DNA of 64,000 nt, taken from assembly GCA_951406725.2 (NCBI GenBank), contig OX597818.1, positions 115,754,001 to 115,818,000 of the forward strand. The letters are read 5' to 3'. The first letter of the stretch is position 1. Each line of letters starts with the position of its first letter. This DNA comes from Octopus vulgaris. Lineage: Eukaryota. Both the position numbers and the translations under genes were made by a program. Under the pieces are notes generated by a model that worked only from the letters and a program-made list of their open reading frames with translations, made no database searches and had not been told where the DNA came from. Shown here one piece after another: positions 1 through 12,711 of this stretch.

Positions 1-57
1 GGAGTTGTAGTGAAATATAAACTTTATTATTATTATTGTTTAATTTCTCTCTTTCAG

Positions 58-180
58 TCACACCAAAATGTTGCCTACTTTGGAAGCTGCTGCAGATTTT
101 TCAATGTATAATATGCAACACATTGTTAAATGTTCCAATTGCAACTGTCGAAACCAGTGTCGCACCCTGAAACCCATCAA
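58..180 (+). CDS. USPL1: USPL1-like SUMO isopeptidase (peptidase C98), internal coding exon; gene begins upstream of the window
   Basis: ttctctctttcag acceptor and gtaagt donor, phase 2/2. Encodes HTKMLPTLEAAADFSMYNMQHIVKCSNCNCRNQCRTLKPI, matching the CxxC-containing segment of the USPL1 catalytic domain (human GPCNNCNSKSQIRKM, from recall). Confidence 0.85.
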
Positions 181-278
181 GTAAGTTACCTTTACAGTTT
201 AATTAACTTTCTCTAAATATCATCATGTTTCCCTTATCATCATCTTCATCATTTAACATCAGCTTTCCGTGCTAGGCA

Positions 279-700
279 ATGACTAGTGACCGAGACTTTT
301 GGAAATATGCTGTGCTTGAGAAGACTCGGCAAGCCAGGGGTGTAACCAGCCCACTTATGTGTACCTTTCCTTCATTGGACACTCAACTCTGCTTGCGAAG
401 ACCTGTTGAGGCAAGTGAAATTGAAATCAAATTCGATGACTGGCATCCGTGCTAGTGGAGTGCTAAGAGCACCATCCGAGCATGATCGTTGCCAGAGCAG
501 CTAACTGGCTTCAGTGTCGGTGGCACGTAAAAAGCACCATTTGAGCGTGATCGTTACCAGTGTGGCCTTACTGACACTTGTGCTGGTGGCAGCCATCTGG
601 TTCACCAGACCTCAGTCAAATCATCCAACCCATGCTAGCATGGAAAGCAGATGTTAAACGATGATGATGACGATGATGATGATGATGATGATGATGATGA
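279..700 (+). mobile_element. RTE LINE 3'-end fragment; related copies at ~1546-1898, 2076-2217, 5040-5527 and 5700-5882
   Basis: MTSDRDFWKYAVLEKTRQA matches the ORF end of the 6667-7919 element; shared ccaacccatgctagcatggaaa..gttaaacgatgatga tail. Confidence 0.85.
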
Positions 701-909
701 CAACAAGCATTAAATTATCATATTTTCTGTCATACAAGCCAACATAGTATGTAGTGTAAGCATCCAAGCATTGTCTCTATCTTTTGAAATTCTGCTGCAT
801 TTCACATTGAATTTTGGGACCTGCAAAAGCATTTTGGTGTCCTAAGTCAACCTACCTTTTTTGGCAGTAAATTTTGGTCAGAAAAAATTTGACTTGTATG
901 CCAGAAAAT

Positions 910-1196
910 ATAGTATATCTTTTCAAGATTCATTTTGAATTTTACAAAGTGGAAGAATGTCTTTTTTGGGTTTTTTTTGTTATATTTCCGGTATTGCTAA
1001 AATAAATACCAGTTATGTAATGAGAATGTGAGCAGGGCAGTCAGATGGACTATATTCTCTCTCTAGTATAGTATATAGCCTTTCAAGATTCAGTTTGAAT
1101 TTTACAAAAGGAAGAAGGTCTTTTTTATATATTTCCGGTATTGCTAAAAGAAATACCAGTTATGTAATGAGAATGTAAGGAAGGCAATCAGATGGT
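910..1196. repeat. Diverged tandem duplication (~160-bp period) in a USPL1 intron
   Basis: tttcaagattca.tttgaattttacaaa...tttccggtattgctaaaa..ataccagttatgtaatgagaatgt occurs twice. Confidence 0.85.
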
Positions 1197-1301
1197 CAAT
1201 ACTGTCTCCCTACACCATGCAAGATTAGTAACATTGTCTCCAAGTTTGAAATCACCACCACCACCATCATTATTCATATGTTCCCTCCTTTCTGATTCCA
1301 G

Positions 1302-1459
1302 GTTTGGAAACTCTATTTTATTACACTTCTTGAAAGGGATTCCATTTGAAGATTTATCCAAATTGAATTTTACCCATAATTCCATTCACTATCATGTCGT
1401 TGGGATTGTTCAATATACAAATGATCCTGACCACTTCATTGCTTGGATCAAATATTCAG
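1302..1459 (+). CDS. USPL1: USPL1-like exon with the catalytic His
   Basis: ttccag acceptor and gtgagt donor, phase 2/1. Encodes FGNSILLHFLKGIPFEDLSKLNFTHNSIHYHVVGIVQYTNDPDHFIAWIKYS, similar to USPL1 LHFVEGLP...VIQY..NHFITWI. Confidence 0.9.
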
Positions 1460-2677
1460 GTGAGTGGCTTTTTTTTTTCTTTGCTTTTGTTTCTTTTGCC
1501 AAAGAACTTCTTTTATTCATTGTTTACAGGTAATAATGCCTAGTGAAATCAAATCAAAATCGCTTATGTGGCCGATGACAGTACTGCCTGATTGGCCCTC
1601 ATGCCAGTGGAATGTTAAAAGCACCCTCTGAGCGGATTGGCTCCTATGCAGGTAGTACGTAAAAAGCACCTTTTGAGCGTGGTCATTGCCAGAACCGCCT
1701 GACTGGCCCTCATGCCAGTGGCACGTTAAAAGCACCCACAACACTCTAGGAGTGGTTGGCATTAGGAAGGGCATCCAGCTGTAGAAACTTTGCCAGAACA
1801 GATTGGAACCTGGTGAAGCCTTCTGGTTTGCCAGTCCTCAATCAAACCATCTAACCCATGCCAGCATGGAAAGCGGACGTTAAATGACGATGATGATGTT
1901 AAAGATGTCCAGCTGGCAGAGTTGTTGGCACTGGGGACAAAATTCTCTGCAGCATTTCATCCTTTCATGGTTGATGAAATAAATACCAGCTGAGTACTAG
2001 GATTTCATGTAATTGACTGGCCCCTTTCTCCAAAATTGCAGACCTTGTGCCTATAGTAGAAAGAGTCATAATTATTTGGCATTAGGAAGGGCATCCAGCT
2101 GTAGAAACTCTGCCAGATCAGACTGGAGCCTGGTGCAGCCATCTGGTTCACCAGTCCTCAGTCAAATCGTCCAACCCATGCTAGCATGGAAAGTGGACAT
2201 TAAACAACGATGATGATTATTATTATTATTATTATTATAATCATCATTATTATTATTATTTTTGAGTGAGAGAGCAGTTCATGCCATCAAAGTGACACTG
2301 GGGTAAAATATATGAAGCCCAATATACCCATCATGACTACCCGTCTGATAAGGGTACACCAGGCAGATGCATCACAACCATATGTGCGCGACATGGTGAT
2401 CTATCAAGGTAAACAGCGCATGACCTTGCAGGTGGGGCCCAGTTAGAATTTTCTTCAGGTCGAGTAGCCCATCCCGCTCAAAAGGTCCCCGAATAAGGGT
2501 TGTTTAAGGATGTTGAAAGAACCACCCATGTTTCAAGAGGTGAATTATTCAAACCCCAAAGAATCCCTCTCAACACATGGCTATGATGCTCCCCCACTAC
2601 TTCTGCTCGTGATCAGAGATGCACATATCGTCAGCCACTAAAGGACATGCTCAACTGGTTACGGTCAAACAACTGAC

Positions 2678-2866
2678 TATTATTATTATTATTATTATAA
2701 TTATTGTTATTATTATTATATTTATAATTATTATTATTGTTATTATAATTATTATTATTATTATCATTATAATTATTATTATTATTATAATTATTATTAT
2801 TATCATTATAATTATTATTATTATTATTATTATTATTATAATAATTATTATTATTATTATTATTAT
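2678..2866. repeat. (ATT)n microsatellite
   Basis: Seen directly. Confidence 0.97.
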
Positions 2867-2978
2867 CTATAGTGATGCTACCACCAGCATCACCACTATA
2901 TTTATAACCATATGTTGTTATTTTATTAATTAAGTAAACCGAGTGCTATATTGTTTTTATGTTTTTATTTTATTTTAG

Positions 2979-4663
2979 ATCGAAAATGGATTAAATGTGA
3001 TGATTTAGATGGTCCGATATGTTCGGTGAACCTTGGTCTACCTCTCATACCCAAGCAGGAAATCCATTTAGTAATGTGGGAAAAACTGAAGTCGGATTCT
3101 CTTGAGACCGTAGCAGATCCTAAAACGAATTCAGTGTCAGCATTGACCAATCCACAGATGTTACCGGTTGTTACATCGGTCAGTGAAGCTCCTTCAGCTT
3201 CTGCTTTACCAGTTGTAACTATATCAGATGATTCTTGTTCATCACCTATACCGTCAACTTCATCTGTCACGTTGTCAACGACTGCGACGTCAATGACGAA
3301 TAGTATTATATCATCGACTGTCGGAACGGTTTTCAGCAGAACTACGCCGTCAACTGGAGTTTCAGTTCTTGGTAATATAATGTCATCAATTGAAGCGCCA
3401 GTTTTTGGTGATGCCATGTCATCAACTGTTGTCCCAGTACTCAGTGGTACCATACCATCGGCTGTTGTTCCAGTTCTCAGTGGTACCATCCCTTCAGCTG
3501 TAATGCCGGTTCTTAGTGCTACTGTACCATCAACTGTAGTTTCAGTTATTGGTAATACTGTGACATCAGCAGTCACACCAGCCCTCAATAGTACCGTTTC
3601 TCAACTGGTCAGTCCAGCTCTTTGTAGTACTATGTCGCAGCCAGTCATTTCTGCTCTGTGTAGTACAGTCTCACCATTGGTCACAGCAGGTCTTTGTAAT
3701 ACTGTATCACCATTGGTCACCCCAGCTCTTTATAGTACTGTTTCACCATCGGTCACTCCTGCTATTTGCAGTACCGTCTCGTCACAAGTTGCACCGACTG
3801 TCAACACTACTGAATCGTCAGCAGCCCTCAGTACCGTTTCCCCAACTGTGGCCCCGGTCCACAATATTATGCTCTCGTCACTTGGGACTCCCATTTCCTG
3901 TGCTACGTTGTTATCAGTTGCAAATCCTGCCATTAATGGACCAATATCAATCTCAGTAACACCGACATCAACAACACAACCACAACCGTCATCATCCGCT
4001 GATGATTCGTTTATTATTCCCATGTCTGTGTCACCAAGTGGATTAATTTCCTTATCAACCACTACGTCACCTTCTGAAGTTGTCTTCTCTTTGCCTGTTA
4101 TGTCATCGACTCCGAACACTTTGCTTTCACAATTGGTCAGTTCTGGGAAAGAGGAAAGCTCTTCTTCATTAACAAGTGCCTCACCAATTCTTAAGTCTGC
4201 ACTTCTGAATAGTTCTCCATTATTAGCTTCAGAAACATTAGTTTCTGCTGCCGGAGACTCCATACCTCCACATAATTCTGCTTCACTACCTACGCAAGTT
4301 CTTTCAAATTCCAGTGAAACCCAAAGTTGTCTAACCGGTTCTTTAACACCAGCCACTTCCAGTAACCAAGTAATTTATCCAGTTCAGATTGAACCCCCAC
4401 TTTCCATGAACACAGCATGCGTTGTCCAAAACACACCGGTTGTTGTCAGACCAGGTCATTCGGGGGATTTAAACCAAGTTGTTATACCAAATTGTAGTCA
4501 AATTCCTTGTTCCCCTATGGAAGTGAAACAAATAAGTTTTCAACCTTTGCCTATTTCTAAAGGGAATACAAAAACTTTACCGATCAAACTTGAGAGTGAT
4601 GCCAATCACTTAAATAAATTAAAAGCCAATTTGGCAATGGTCAAGAGATTCAGGAAGTGGTAG
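2979..4663 (+). CDS. USPL1: USPL1-like large exon: end of catalytic domain plus a Ser/Thr/Pro/Val-rich tail; probably the last coding exon
   Basis: ttttattttag acceptor, phase 1. Begins DRKWIKCDDLDGP...IPKQEIHLVMWEK, matching USPL1 WLECDDLKGP...PASEIHIVIWER (catalytic Asp). Open to TAG at 4661-4663. The 3' boundary is less certain than the 5'. Confidence 0.85.
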
Positions 4664-5893
4664 GGATATGGAATATCAGTTTCCAATTTCCAGTTTGTTA
4701 TTGATATTCCTCTGTAAATTTTGTGTATAAATTCTTATTTCCTAAGTTATTGTCAGAATTATCTACAGATTTTTTTTCTTTCTAAGGAGAGAATAAAAGA
4801 CTTAAACTGCCATCTGTGATTGCAAAAACTGAAAAAAAGAATTAACCCCACAATATGTAATAAAGTTGTTATCATTATTATGTTTTATTTTGTTTGTTAT
4901 CAGAAAGGTAAGGTTTGAACTGGTTACAGGTAACCCTTTTTCAAGAACTGGGCTACATTAAGTATGACTAGTGATCAAGTGGGCCAGACTACTAAAAATA
5001 TTCAAGATAATTTTTCATTTAGGCATGCTATTCAGAAGGTCCTGCAGGCTGCATCTTTTTTCCTTCAGCCCATCCAAGGTGCCTTGGATCACAAGACGGC
5101 TGCTGTGCTTACCTTGGATCATAGGGCGACCTGCTGTGCTTGAGGAGACCTATTGAGTCAAGTGCATCAACATCAAAAAGTCAAATGGAAATTGTAGTTG
5201 TGATGCCTCAGCCGGTGGCATGTAAAAAGCACCATCCGAATGTGGCCGATGCTAGCGCCGCCTTGACTGGCTTCTGTGCCGGTGGCATGTAAAAAACACC
5301 AACCCATCGTGGCTGTTGCCAGCCTCCCCTGGTACCTGTGCCGGTGGCATGTAAAAAAACACCCACTACACTCACGGATTGGTTGGCATTAGGAAGGGCA
5401 TCCAGCTGTAGAAACACTGCCAGGTCAGACTGGAGCCTGGTGCAGCCTCCTGGCTTCCCAGATCCCAGTCAAACTGTCCAACCCATGCTAGCATGGAAAA
5501 CGGATGTTAAACGATGATGATGATGATTGTTTGTTTGAGAATTCTTAAAGGCACTGATGATGGTGCTGCATAAAAAGCAACCAGTATACTCTGTAAAGGT
5601 TTGGCTTCTAGTCTTGCCAGCTCCTGTCTAACTGTCCAACTCATGCCAGGATGGAAAATGGATGTTAAACGATGATGGTGAAAATGTTGAGCAGATCTGT
5701 GGTCAAGGATCTGATTGGCACTCGTGCCAGTGAAACGTTATAAGCACATCCGTGCGTGATTGTTGCTAGGGCCACAGATTGGCTCCCGTGCCGGTGGCAT
5801 GTAAAAGGCACCATTCGAGCGTGATCGTTGCCAGTGTTGCATGCTGGCACGTGAAAAACAACATTCGAACGTGGTCATCGCCAGTTTATAAAT

Positions 5894-6164
5894 GGTGTTT
5901 AGAAGCCATTTAAAAACACACAAAAACCGTTAGATTCACTTCAACATCTAAATTTAATTTGTGTCAAAATATTTTCGTCGCTTTGAGATTGTGACCTGAT
6001 CACTGACAAAATTCCATGCTGCAGCAAAATTCTGGATGCAGTGCGGAATTTTGTCAGTGAACAGGTTGCAGTCTCAAAGCGACAAAAATATTTTGGCAAA
6101 TAAAATTTAAATGTTGAAGTGAATCTTAACAGTTTTTGTGTTTTTTAAATGGCTTATTAACACC
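5894..6164. repeat. Imperfect foldback palindrome (~130-bp arms)
   Basis: gattcacttcaacat..cactgacaaaattcc versus ggaattttgtcagtg..atgttgaagtgaatc. Confidence 0.85.
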
Positions 6165-6270
6165 TTCCATGCTGCAATTGTTTTTGTTTCAGCACACGAT
6201 TCTTGATCAGGTCACTTGCTATGCAAGTACATCTCCATAATATATCTCTTTCTCTTTTTTCTCTTTTTCT

Positions 6271-6666
6271 CTTTTTACTTGTTTCAGTCATTTTGACTGC
6301 GGCCATGCTGGAGCACCGCCTTTAATCGAGCAACTCGACCCCGGGACTTATTCTTTGTAAGCCCAGTACTTATTCTATCGGTCTCTTTTGCCGAACCGCT
6401 AAGTGACGGAGACATAAACACACCAGCATTGGTTGTCAAGATGTTGCGGGGACAAACACAGACCCACAAACATACACGCACATACATATATATACATATA
6501 TACGATGGGCTTCTTTCAGTTTCCGTCTAACAAATCCACTCACAAGGCTTTGGTCCGCCCGAGGCTATAGTAGAAGACACTTGTCCGAGGTGCCACGCAG
6601 TGGGACTGAACCTGGAACCATGTGGCTGGTAAACAAGCTACTTACCACACAGCCACTCCTGCGCCT
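6271..6666 (-). mobile_element. tRNA-derived SINE family A. Other copies: ~8700-9090(-), 24605-25015(-), 27448-27904(+), 30445-30858(-), 33171-33630(+), 33672-34001(-), 39142-39547(+), 41290-41661(-), 57170-58017(-, interrupted)
   Basis: Head ggcgcaggagtggctgtgtggtaag...ggttcagtccc (A/B-box-like), internal (TA)/(TG) tract, tail gactgaaacaagtaaaagag; recurs throughout the window. Confidence 0.9.
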
Positions 6667-7919
6667 ATCATCATCATCATCATCGTTTAACGTCCGCTTT
6701 CCATGCTAGCATGGGTTGGACGGTTCAACTGGGGTCTGGGAAGCCCGAAGGCTGCACCAGGCCAGTCAGATGTGGCAGTGTTTCTACAGCTGGATGCCCT
6801 TCCTAACGCCAACCACTCCGAGAGTGTAGTGGGTGATTTTATGTGCCACCGACACAGGTGCCAGACGAGGCTGGCAGACGGCCACGCTCGGATGGTGTTT
6901 TTTATGTGCCACCGACACAGGTGCCAGACGAGGCTGGCAGACGGCCACGCTCGGATGGTGTTTTTTATGTGCCACCGACACAGGTGCCAGACGAGGCTGG
7001 CAGACGGCCACGCTCGGATGGTGTTTTTTATGTGCCACCGACACAGGTGCCAGACGAGGCTGGCAGACGGCCACGCTCGGATGGTGTTTTTTATGTGCCA
7101 CCGACACAGGTGCCAGACGAGGCTGGCAGACGGCCACGCTCGGATGGTGTTTTCTTATGTGTCACCGACACAGGTGCTAGACGAGGCTGGCGGACGGCCA
7201 TGCTCGGATGGTGTTTGTTACGTGCCCTCAGCACGGAGGCCAGTCATTGCGGTACTGGCTACGGTCACGTTCGGATGGTTTTCTTATGTGCCACCGGCAC
7301 TGGTACCACAAGGATACAAATTCCATTGATGTTCATCTATTTTGATTTGGTTCGATTTGATTTGATACGATTCGATTCTCACTTGCCTCAACAGGTCTTC
7401 ACAAGTGTCACAAGAAGGAAGGTATGCACAGGTGGACTGACTACGTCCCAGGTAGGGGCCACGGATTATGGCTTCACTAGTCTTGCCGGGTCTTCTCACG
7501 CACAGCATACTTCCATAGGTCTCGGTCTCTAGTCATTTCCATGGTGAGACCTAACGTCCGAAGGTCGTGCTTCACCACCTCGTCCCAGGTTTTCCTGGGT
7601 CTACCTCTTCCACGGGTTCCCTCAACTGCTAGGGATTGGCACTTTCTCACACACCTCTCTTCATCCATTCTCGCCACATGACCATACCAGCGCAATCGTC
7701 TCTCTTGCACACAACAACTGATGCTTCTTAGGTACAACATTTCTCTCAAGGTACTAACGCTCTGTCGAGTAAGTACACTGACATTACACATCCATCGGAG
7801 CATACTGGCTTCGTTCCTCACGAGCTTACGCATGTCCTCAGCAGTCACGGCCCATGTTTCACTGCCATGTAGCATAGCTGTTCGTACACATGCATCATAC
7901 AGTCTGCCTTTTACTCTGA
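6667..7919 (-). mobile_element. 5'-truncated RTE-clade LINE: ORF C-terminus, 3'UTR and (TGA)n tail
   Basis: RLYDACVRTAMLHGSETW...RRLRWYGHVARM...RGRGRPRKTW motifs typical of RTE; ends ggacgttaaacgatgatgatg. Confidence 0.9.
6837..7210. repeat. 63-bp tandem repeat (about 5 near-identical copies plus degenerate ones) in the RTE 3'UTR
   Basis: atgtgccaccgacacagg recurs at 6841, 6904, 6967, 7030 and 7093. Confidence 0.95.
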
Positions 7920-9520
7920 TGTATATGATTTTATAAAAAGCAGAGAGAAATGAAAAAAAAAAACTCACATTTAATGAGAGAGAAACATTTGTTAGTGCAG
8001 CAGATATAAAAACAGTCCGAATAAGTTGCATAATCGATATTTATTTATACTATAATTCCTGTACATATTGATTTTATTCTTTAAAATAAAGTTTATAAAA
8101 CAACAACAACAAAAATGTAATTGGAAAAGCAAATATCAAATAACAAAATATGGAGAGAAAAACTGATATAGACCCAAATTGTGGAACCAGAATCAGAAAA
8201 ATAGAAATAACAAAAAGCCATTTTTGTTTTTTTATAATTATATATATACAGTGTTTATTTTGGTTGATGTGCGTACTGTTGAGCTCTTGATCAACTCTGA
8301 GCTTCTTTTAGAAGTATTTAGGACTATATTATCAGGGATTACATTGTCCAGTATCGCCTTCCCTTTTAAGTCAAAAGTGGGTAATTTGAAAGAAATATGG
8401 TTGTTATTTCTAGCATTTCAAGTGGCCATGTTATAGTTCCCTTCTTTGCTTAACAAAAGAACCACGGCTGTTATTGTTTAGCCCTACAACAACTTTGGTT
8501 GGGATAAAACTTTGATCAAAGGCAACCCAACCGTGACCATCCTGTCCCATCTTGTTTTAGGCATAATAGATCTTTGCCCACATTACTTTATATTCTCCTA
8601 TTTAAAAAAATGTTAGGGTGTGATTTGAGGGAGATTTAACTGCTATTTCTAGATGATCTCTTGATAGTTCTGTGAGGGAAGGATTGCTACTTTTTAATCT
8701 TTACTTGTTTCAGTCATTGAATTGTGGCCATGCTGGAGCACTACCTTGAAGGGTTTATTTGAACATATTGACTCCAGGAATCAACTTTTGAAAGTTTGCC
8801 ACTTATTCTATTAATCTTATTATTTTTTTTTTTGCTAAACTGGTTGTGAAGCAATGGTGGGAGCCACACAACCACAAAGACACACACATATACCTATACA
8901 CACACACTCAGACATGTATGCACACACATGCACATACATATATATGATGGGCTTCATCACATTTTCCATCAGCCAAATTCATTCATAAGGGGCTACAGTA
9001 GAAGACACTTGGCCCAGATGCCATGCTGTGGGACTGAACCCAAAACGTCATGGTTACAAAGTGGGCTTCTTAACCACACAGCTATGCCAGTGCCAAGAAA
9101 GAAAGAACAGTGTCTATAACAACATGAAAATATATAATTTCATTTCATCTAGTTTCAGCTCACGAGCTGTGGCCATGCTGGGGCACCACCATTAAGGAAA
9201 TAAATAAATAAATGCAAGGTATGATTGTCAAACAACCATAGCATAGGGATTTGGATTAGTGGTCCGTATTCTGACAAATGTATAAAAAGTATTTTACTGC
9301 GAGTGAGAGGTGCTAACTGACTCGACCACAGAGGAAAGTCAGAACAAAGGCACAAGGAATGAAGTTTAAGGGAAACAGATCCACTTTGGAAATCGAAACT
9401 GTATTGCTTGCAAACGTTCAGTCTAGAAGAGAAATAAAGCGATCGCTCGACTTGTTATTCTTTGGTTTCTCAAAAAAGTGGAGCATCTCAGCTAACGAAC
9501 CACTTAACAGGTAATATTGT

Positions 9521-9957
9521 TTAACCCATTAGTGTTCAAATTACTCGGTTAAATGTAATACTTTTTCACTCAAATTGTTTTGAATTAATCAAGCATTACC
9601 TTATAGCTTTGAGGTTTCAATGATGTGATTGTTTATTTTTAGAATGACATTGTAGGGTAGGTGTGAGAGGCTAGATATTGCCAGTTTGAATATAAAACAT
9701 GTAGAATATCTGGGCCAGATATGGCTGGTTTAAACAGTAGAGGGTTAAACCAGCTGTATCCAACCCAAGAATTCTACCTGTTTTATGCTCAAACCAGTCA
9801 GATCTGGCCTCTCACACTTATCCTACAATGTCATTCTAAAAATAAACAATCACATCATTGAAATCTCAAAGCTTTGAGATGATGCAGGATTAATTCAAAA
9901 CAATTTGAATAAATTAACATTTCATTTGATAGAACAATCTGAATGCTAAATGGTTAA
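9521..9957. mobile_element. Two inverted copies of a TTAA-bounded (piggyBac-like) MITE; third copy at 12083-12310
   Basis: ttaaccc...gggttaa ends; shared aatgtcattctaaaaataaacaatcacatcattgaaa core in both orientations. Confidence 0.65.
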
Positions 9958-11290
9958 ACCATAACACTATTCAATAGGCACCATTCTACTGGCATGTAAC
10001 TCAACAAAGTGGAGTGGTACTATTAATACAATACCATTGCCATGGTGCAGACTCTTCATCTCAGATTCTGTAAAAGCATTGGGAATCACAGAACAAATGG
10101 TCAAGGTTAGAAACCCTCTTCTATGTCATATTTTTCACCTTGTCTCTATCCGGTACCACCTGTAATTTGGTACCTTTCTTCCAGGAAAAACACTGATGTC
10201 TATTTTTACCTTCATACTGAAGATAGTTGTGAACACGACCAATCGCCAAGGGTCGAAACAGGATTAACTGTGCAAACCAGTCATTAATAAAATATTAAAA
10301 TTTTCTTTTTTTTTTATCTCATGAAAAAACAGAGAAAAATCATATTTAATGAGAGAAAAGGGGAGGAAAAAGAGAGAGAGATTGGAAACATTAAATGGAA
10401 GAAGAAGAAAAGATAGATGAATATTTTTTAACTTATTTAACTTTATTTAAAGAAATTTTGAGATAAAAATGGAAGAAACGGATGGATGTATAAGTTGTGG
10501 TGTAATTAATTCTTTCTACTATAGACAGAAGGCCCAAAAATTTTAGGAGACCAGGCTAGTTGGTTATGTTGAACCCAGTACTTGGTGGGTACCTATTTCA
10601 TTGATCCTGAAAGGGCAAAAGACAAAGCTGAGCTCAGTAGGATTTGAACACAGGACATAAAGACCAATGGAATGTCTCAAAGAATTTTTGTCCAATGTGT
10701 TAAGGATTCTGCCAGCTCGCTACCCTAATTTGTGATATAATTAATAAAACTCTAAAAAAGGCTTTCTTCAATTTTTATAATTATTTTTAATTAAATTTTA
10801 GCTACATACTGTTGATGAATTTATTTTTAAAAAATCAATGATAAATACAAAAAAAAAAAAACCCTACTTATTGGGGTGACTCTGCATGGCTGTAGTTCAA
10901 TGATTGAAACAAGGAAGAGAATAAAAGACAGCAAATTAAAAAAAAACAATTAAAATACGTAAAAAAGAAGAAACTAAGAATTCCGAAAATAAAGAGGAAT
11001 GTTAGTTTTTTATGTGGTTTCATTCAGCCCTGATAAAGTAATCCTATGATGAATGTTGTTCCATTTATGACCATCCCTTCAAGTTTTTAAACATAGAGCA
11101 ACTAGTACAATGATGTCTAATCTGTCATTTCTTTTAGAGACAGTGGGGTGCAATTTAAGGGAGATTTGGGTTTTTCTGCTATTTCTAGTCTGTTGAGCAA
11201 CCATAAAGGGGTTCTCCTATATATACATAATACAAATATATATAGTATGCACTTAGTATGTATATATATATATATATGTATATGTATATA

Positions 11291-11351
<61 letters not shown>

Positions 11352-12477
11352 GTATGTATATATATGTATATGTATATATATATATGTATATATATGTATG
11401 TATACATATACATATATGCACACGCACATATATGCACACGCACATAGTATGTATATAGAATATATGTACATATATATATATATATATAATGTGTGTATAG
11501 GGTGGAGGGTTTTCACAAAGATCAGATGTGTGTATGGTGTGGGGGTACATATATATATATACACACATATATTCATTTGTATATTTAAGAATATATATGT
11601 ATAGTGTGTGCAAATGTTTGTATATATGTATGCATGTGTGTGTGTATATATATATATAGATATATATATATTTACATACAATACATATATATGGTAGAGC
11701 AAGTATTTACAATAGAGTTTATCTCCTCTGTATAGTGTATCTAATATACAAAGGAAGCAAAGAGATCTTTGTTAGTTTCAACAGTGAGTCTTTTAGTGGT
11801 TCAATGAACTGTTCATTCAACCATGATATAAGTAGCTGAGTATTCCACAAACATGAGTATCCTTGCTGTAATTCTCAGCTGGAATCAACATAACATGCTA
11901 TATGACAAGACAAGATTGACCCTTTCTTCTTACAGGTACAATCCATCTGTTAGACTTCCCACAGTTTCCACCTATGAAACTTCACTTTGTGTCTTACTGA
12001 GGCTTCATTAACAGACACATGCTTAATATACTACCACACAGAGGAAGTGAACTCAGCACCTTATGATTACGAAGTGAATTTCTTAACCCTTTCACATTCA
12101 AATCAGTCATATCTAGCCAAAATATTCCTCCTGTTTTACATTCATACCAGCTAGATCCAGCACCTCACACCTAGCTTGCAATGCCATTCTAAAAATATAC
12201 AGCCACACCATTGGAATCTCAAGGCTATGAGATATAGCATGATTAATTCAAAACAATATGAATAGATAAGCATTAGATTTGACAGAATAATTTGAATGCT
12301 AAAGGATTAACCATGGGGTCACGCCTGTGTCCATTTACGAAATATTTAGTATAGCAAGGATAACATTGCCCATCATGTCCTTCCTTGTTTGATAAACTCA
12401 GTGGTGTACTCACACAAAAGGTTCTATGATTTATAGAATAGTCGAGCACTTTTTTAATGGTAAAAATATTTTACCAT

Positions 12478-12711
12478 TGGTGGACAACGAAAAACCTGGC
12501 TGATGACAGTCAAGGCTGATCTGGAACCCAATCTAGGACCCCCCCCCCATGTCTATGGCATTCGCAGCTGGAATAGGGAGTGGTTGGAGATCACATGGTT
12601 GTTAGCCTTAAATCGCCAGGCCTGGTCAGCGTTTGTGAGAGATGCAGCATTGAGGATGAATGAACCCAGCTCAACCCACCCCGGGTGAATGCTGTCTCAA
12701 GACAAGACAAG
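12478..12711 (+). mobile_element. 3' end of a second RTE-like LINE family
   Basis: GGQRKTWLMTVKADLEP..G..SWNREWL...NRQAWSAFVRDA, then stop and a (caaga)n tail. Confidence 0.65.

Noticed and set aside
2965-4356. Two ~208-aa minus-strand ORFs
   Set aside because: Antisense shadows of the low-complexity USPL1 exon
4904-4929. Possible USPL1 micro-exon (cag|aaag|gtaagg)
   Set aside because: Splicing from the only nearby donor (4660) gives an immediate TGA; no supporting evidence
6837-7210. CRISPR-like regular repeats (also 52408-52780)
   Set aside because: Whole units repeat with no unique spacers; eukaryotic context; no cas genes
10210-10275. ctgaaga...gacc/ggtc gaaac hammerhead-like text; also lone CTGANGA at ~5554, ~19151, ~27947 and ~63325
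   Set aside because: Core is not adjacent to stem II, or GAAA, stem III or stem I is missing
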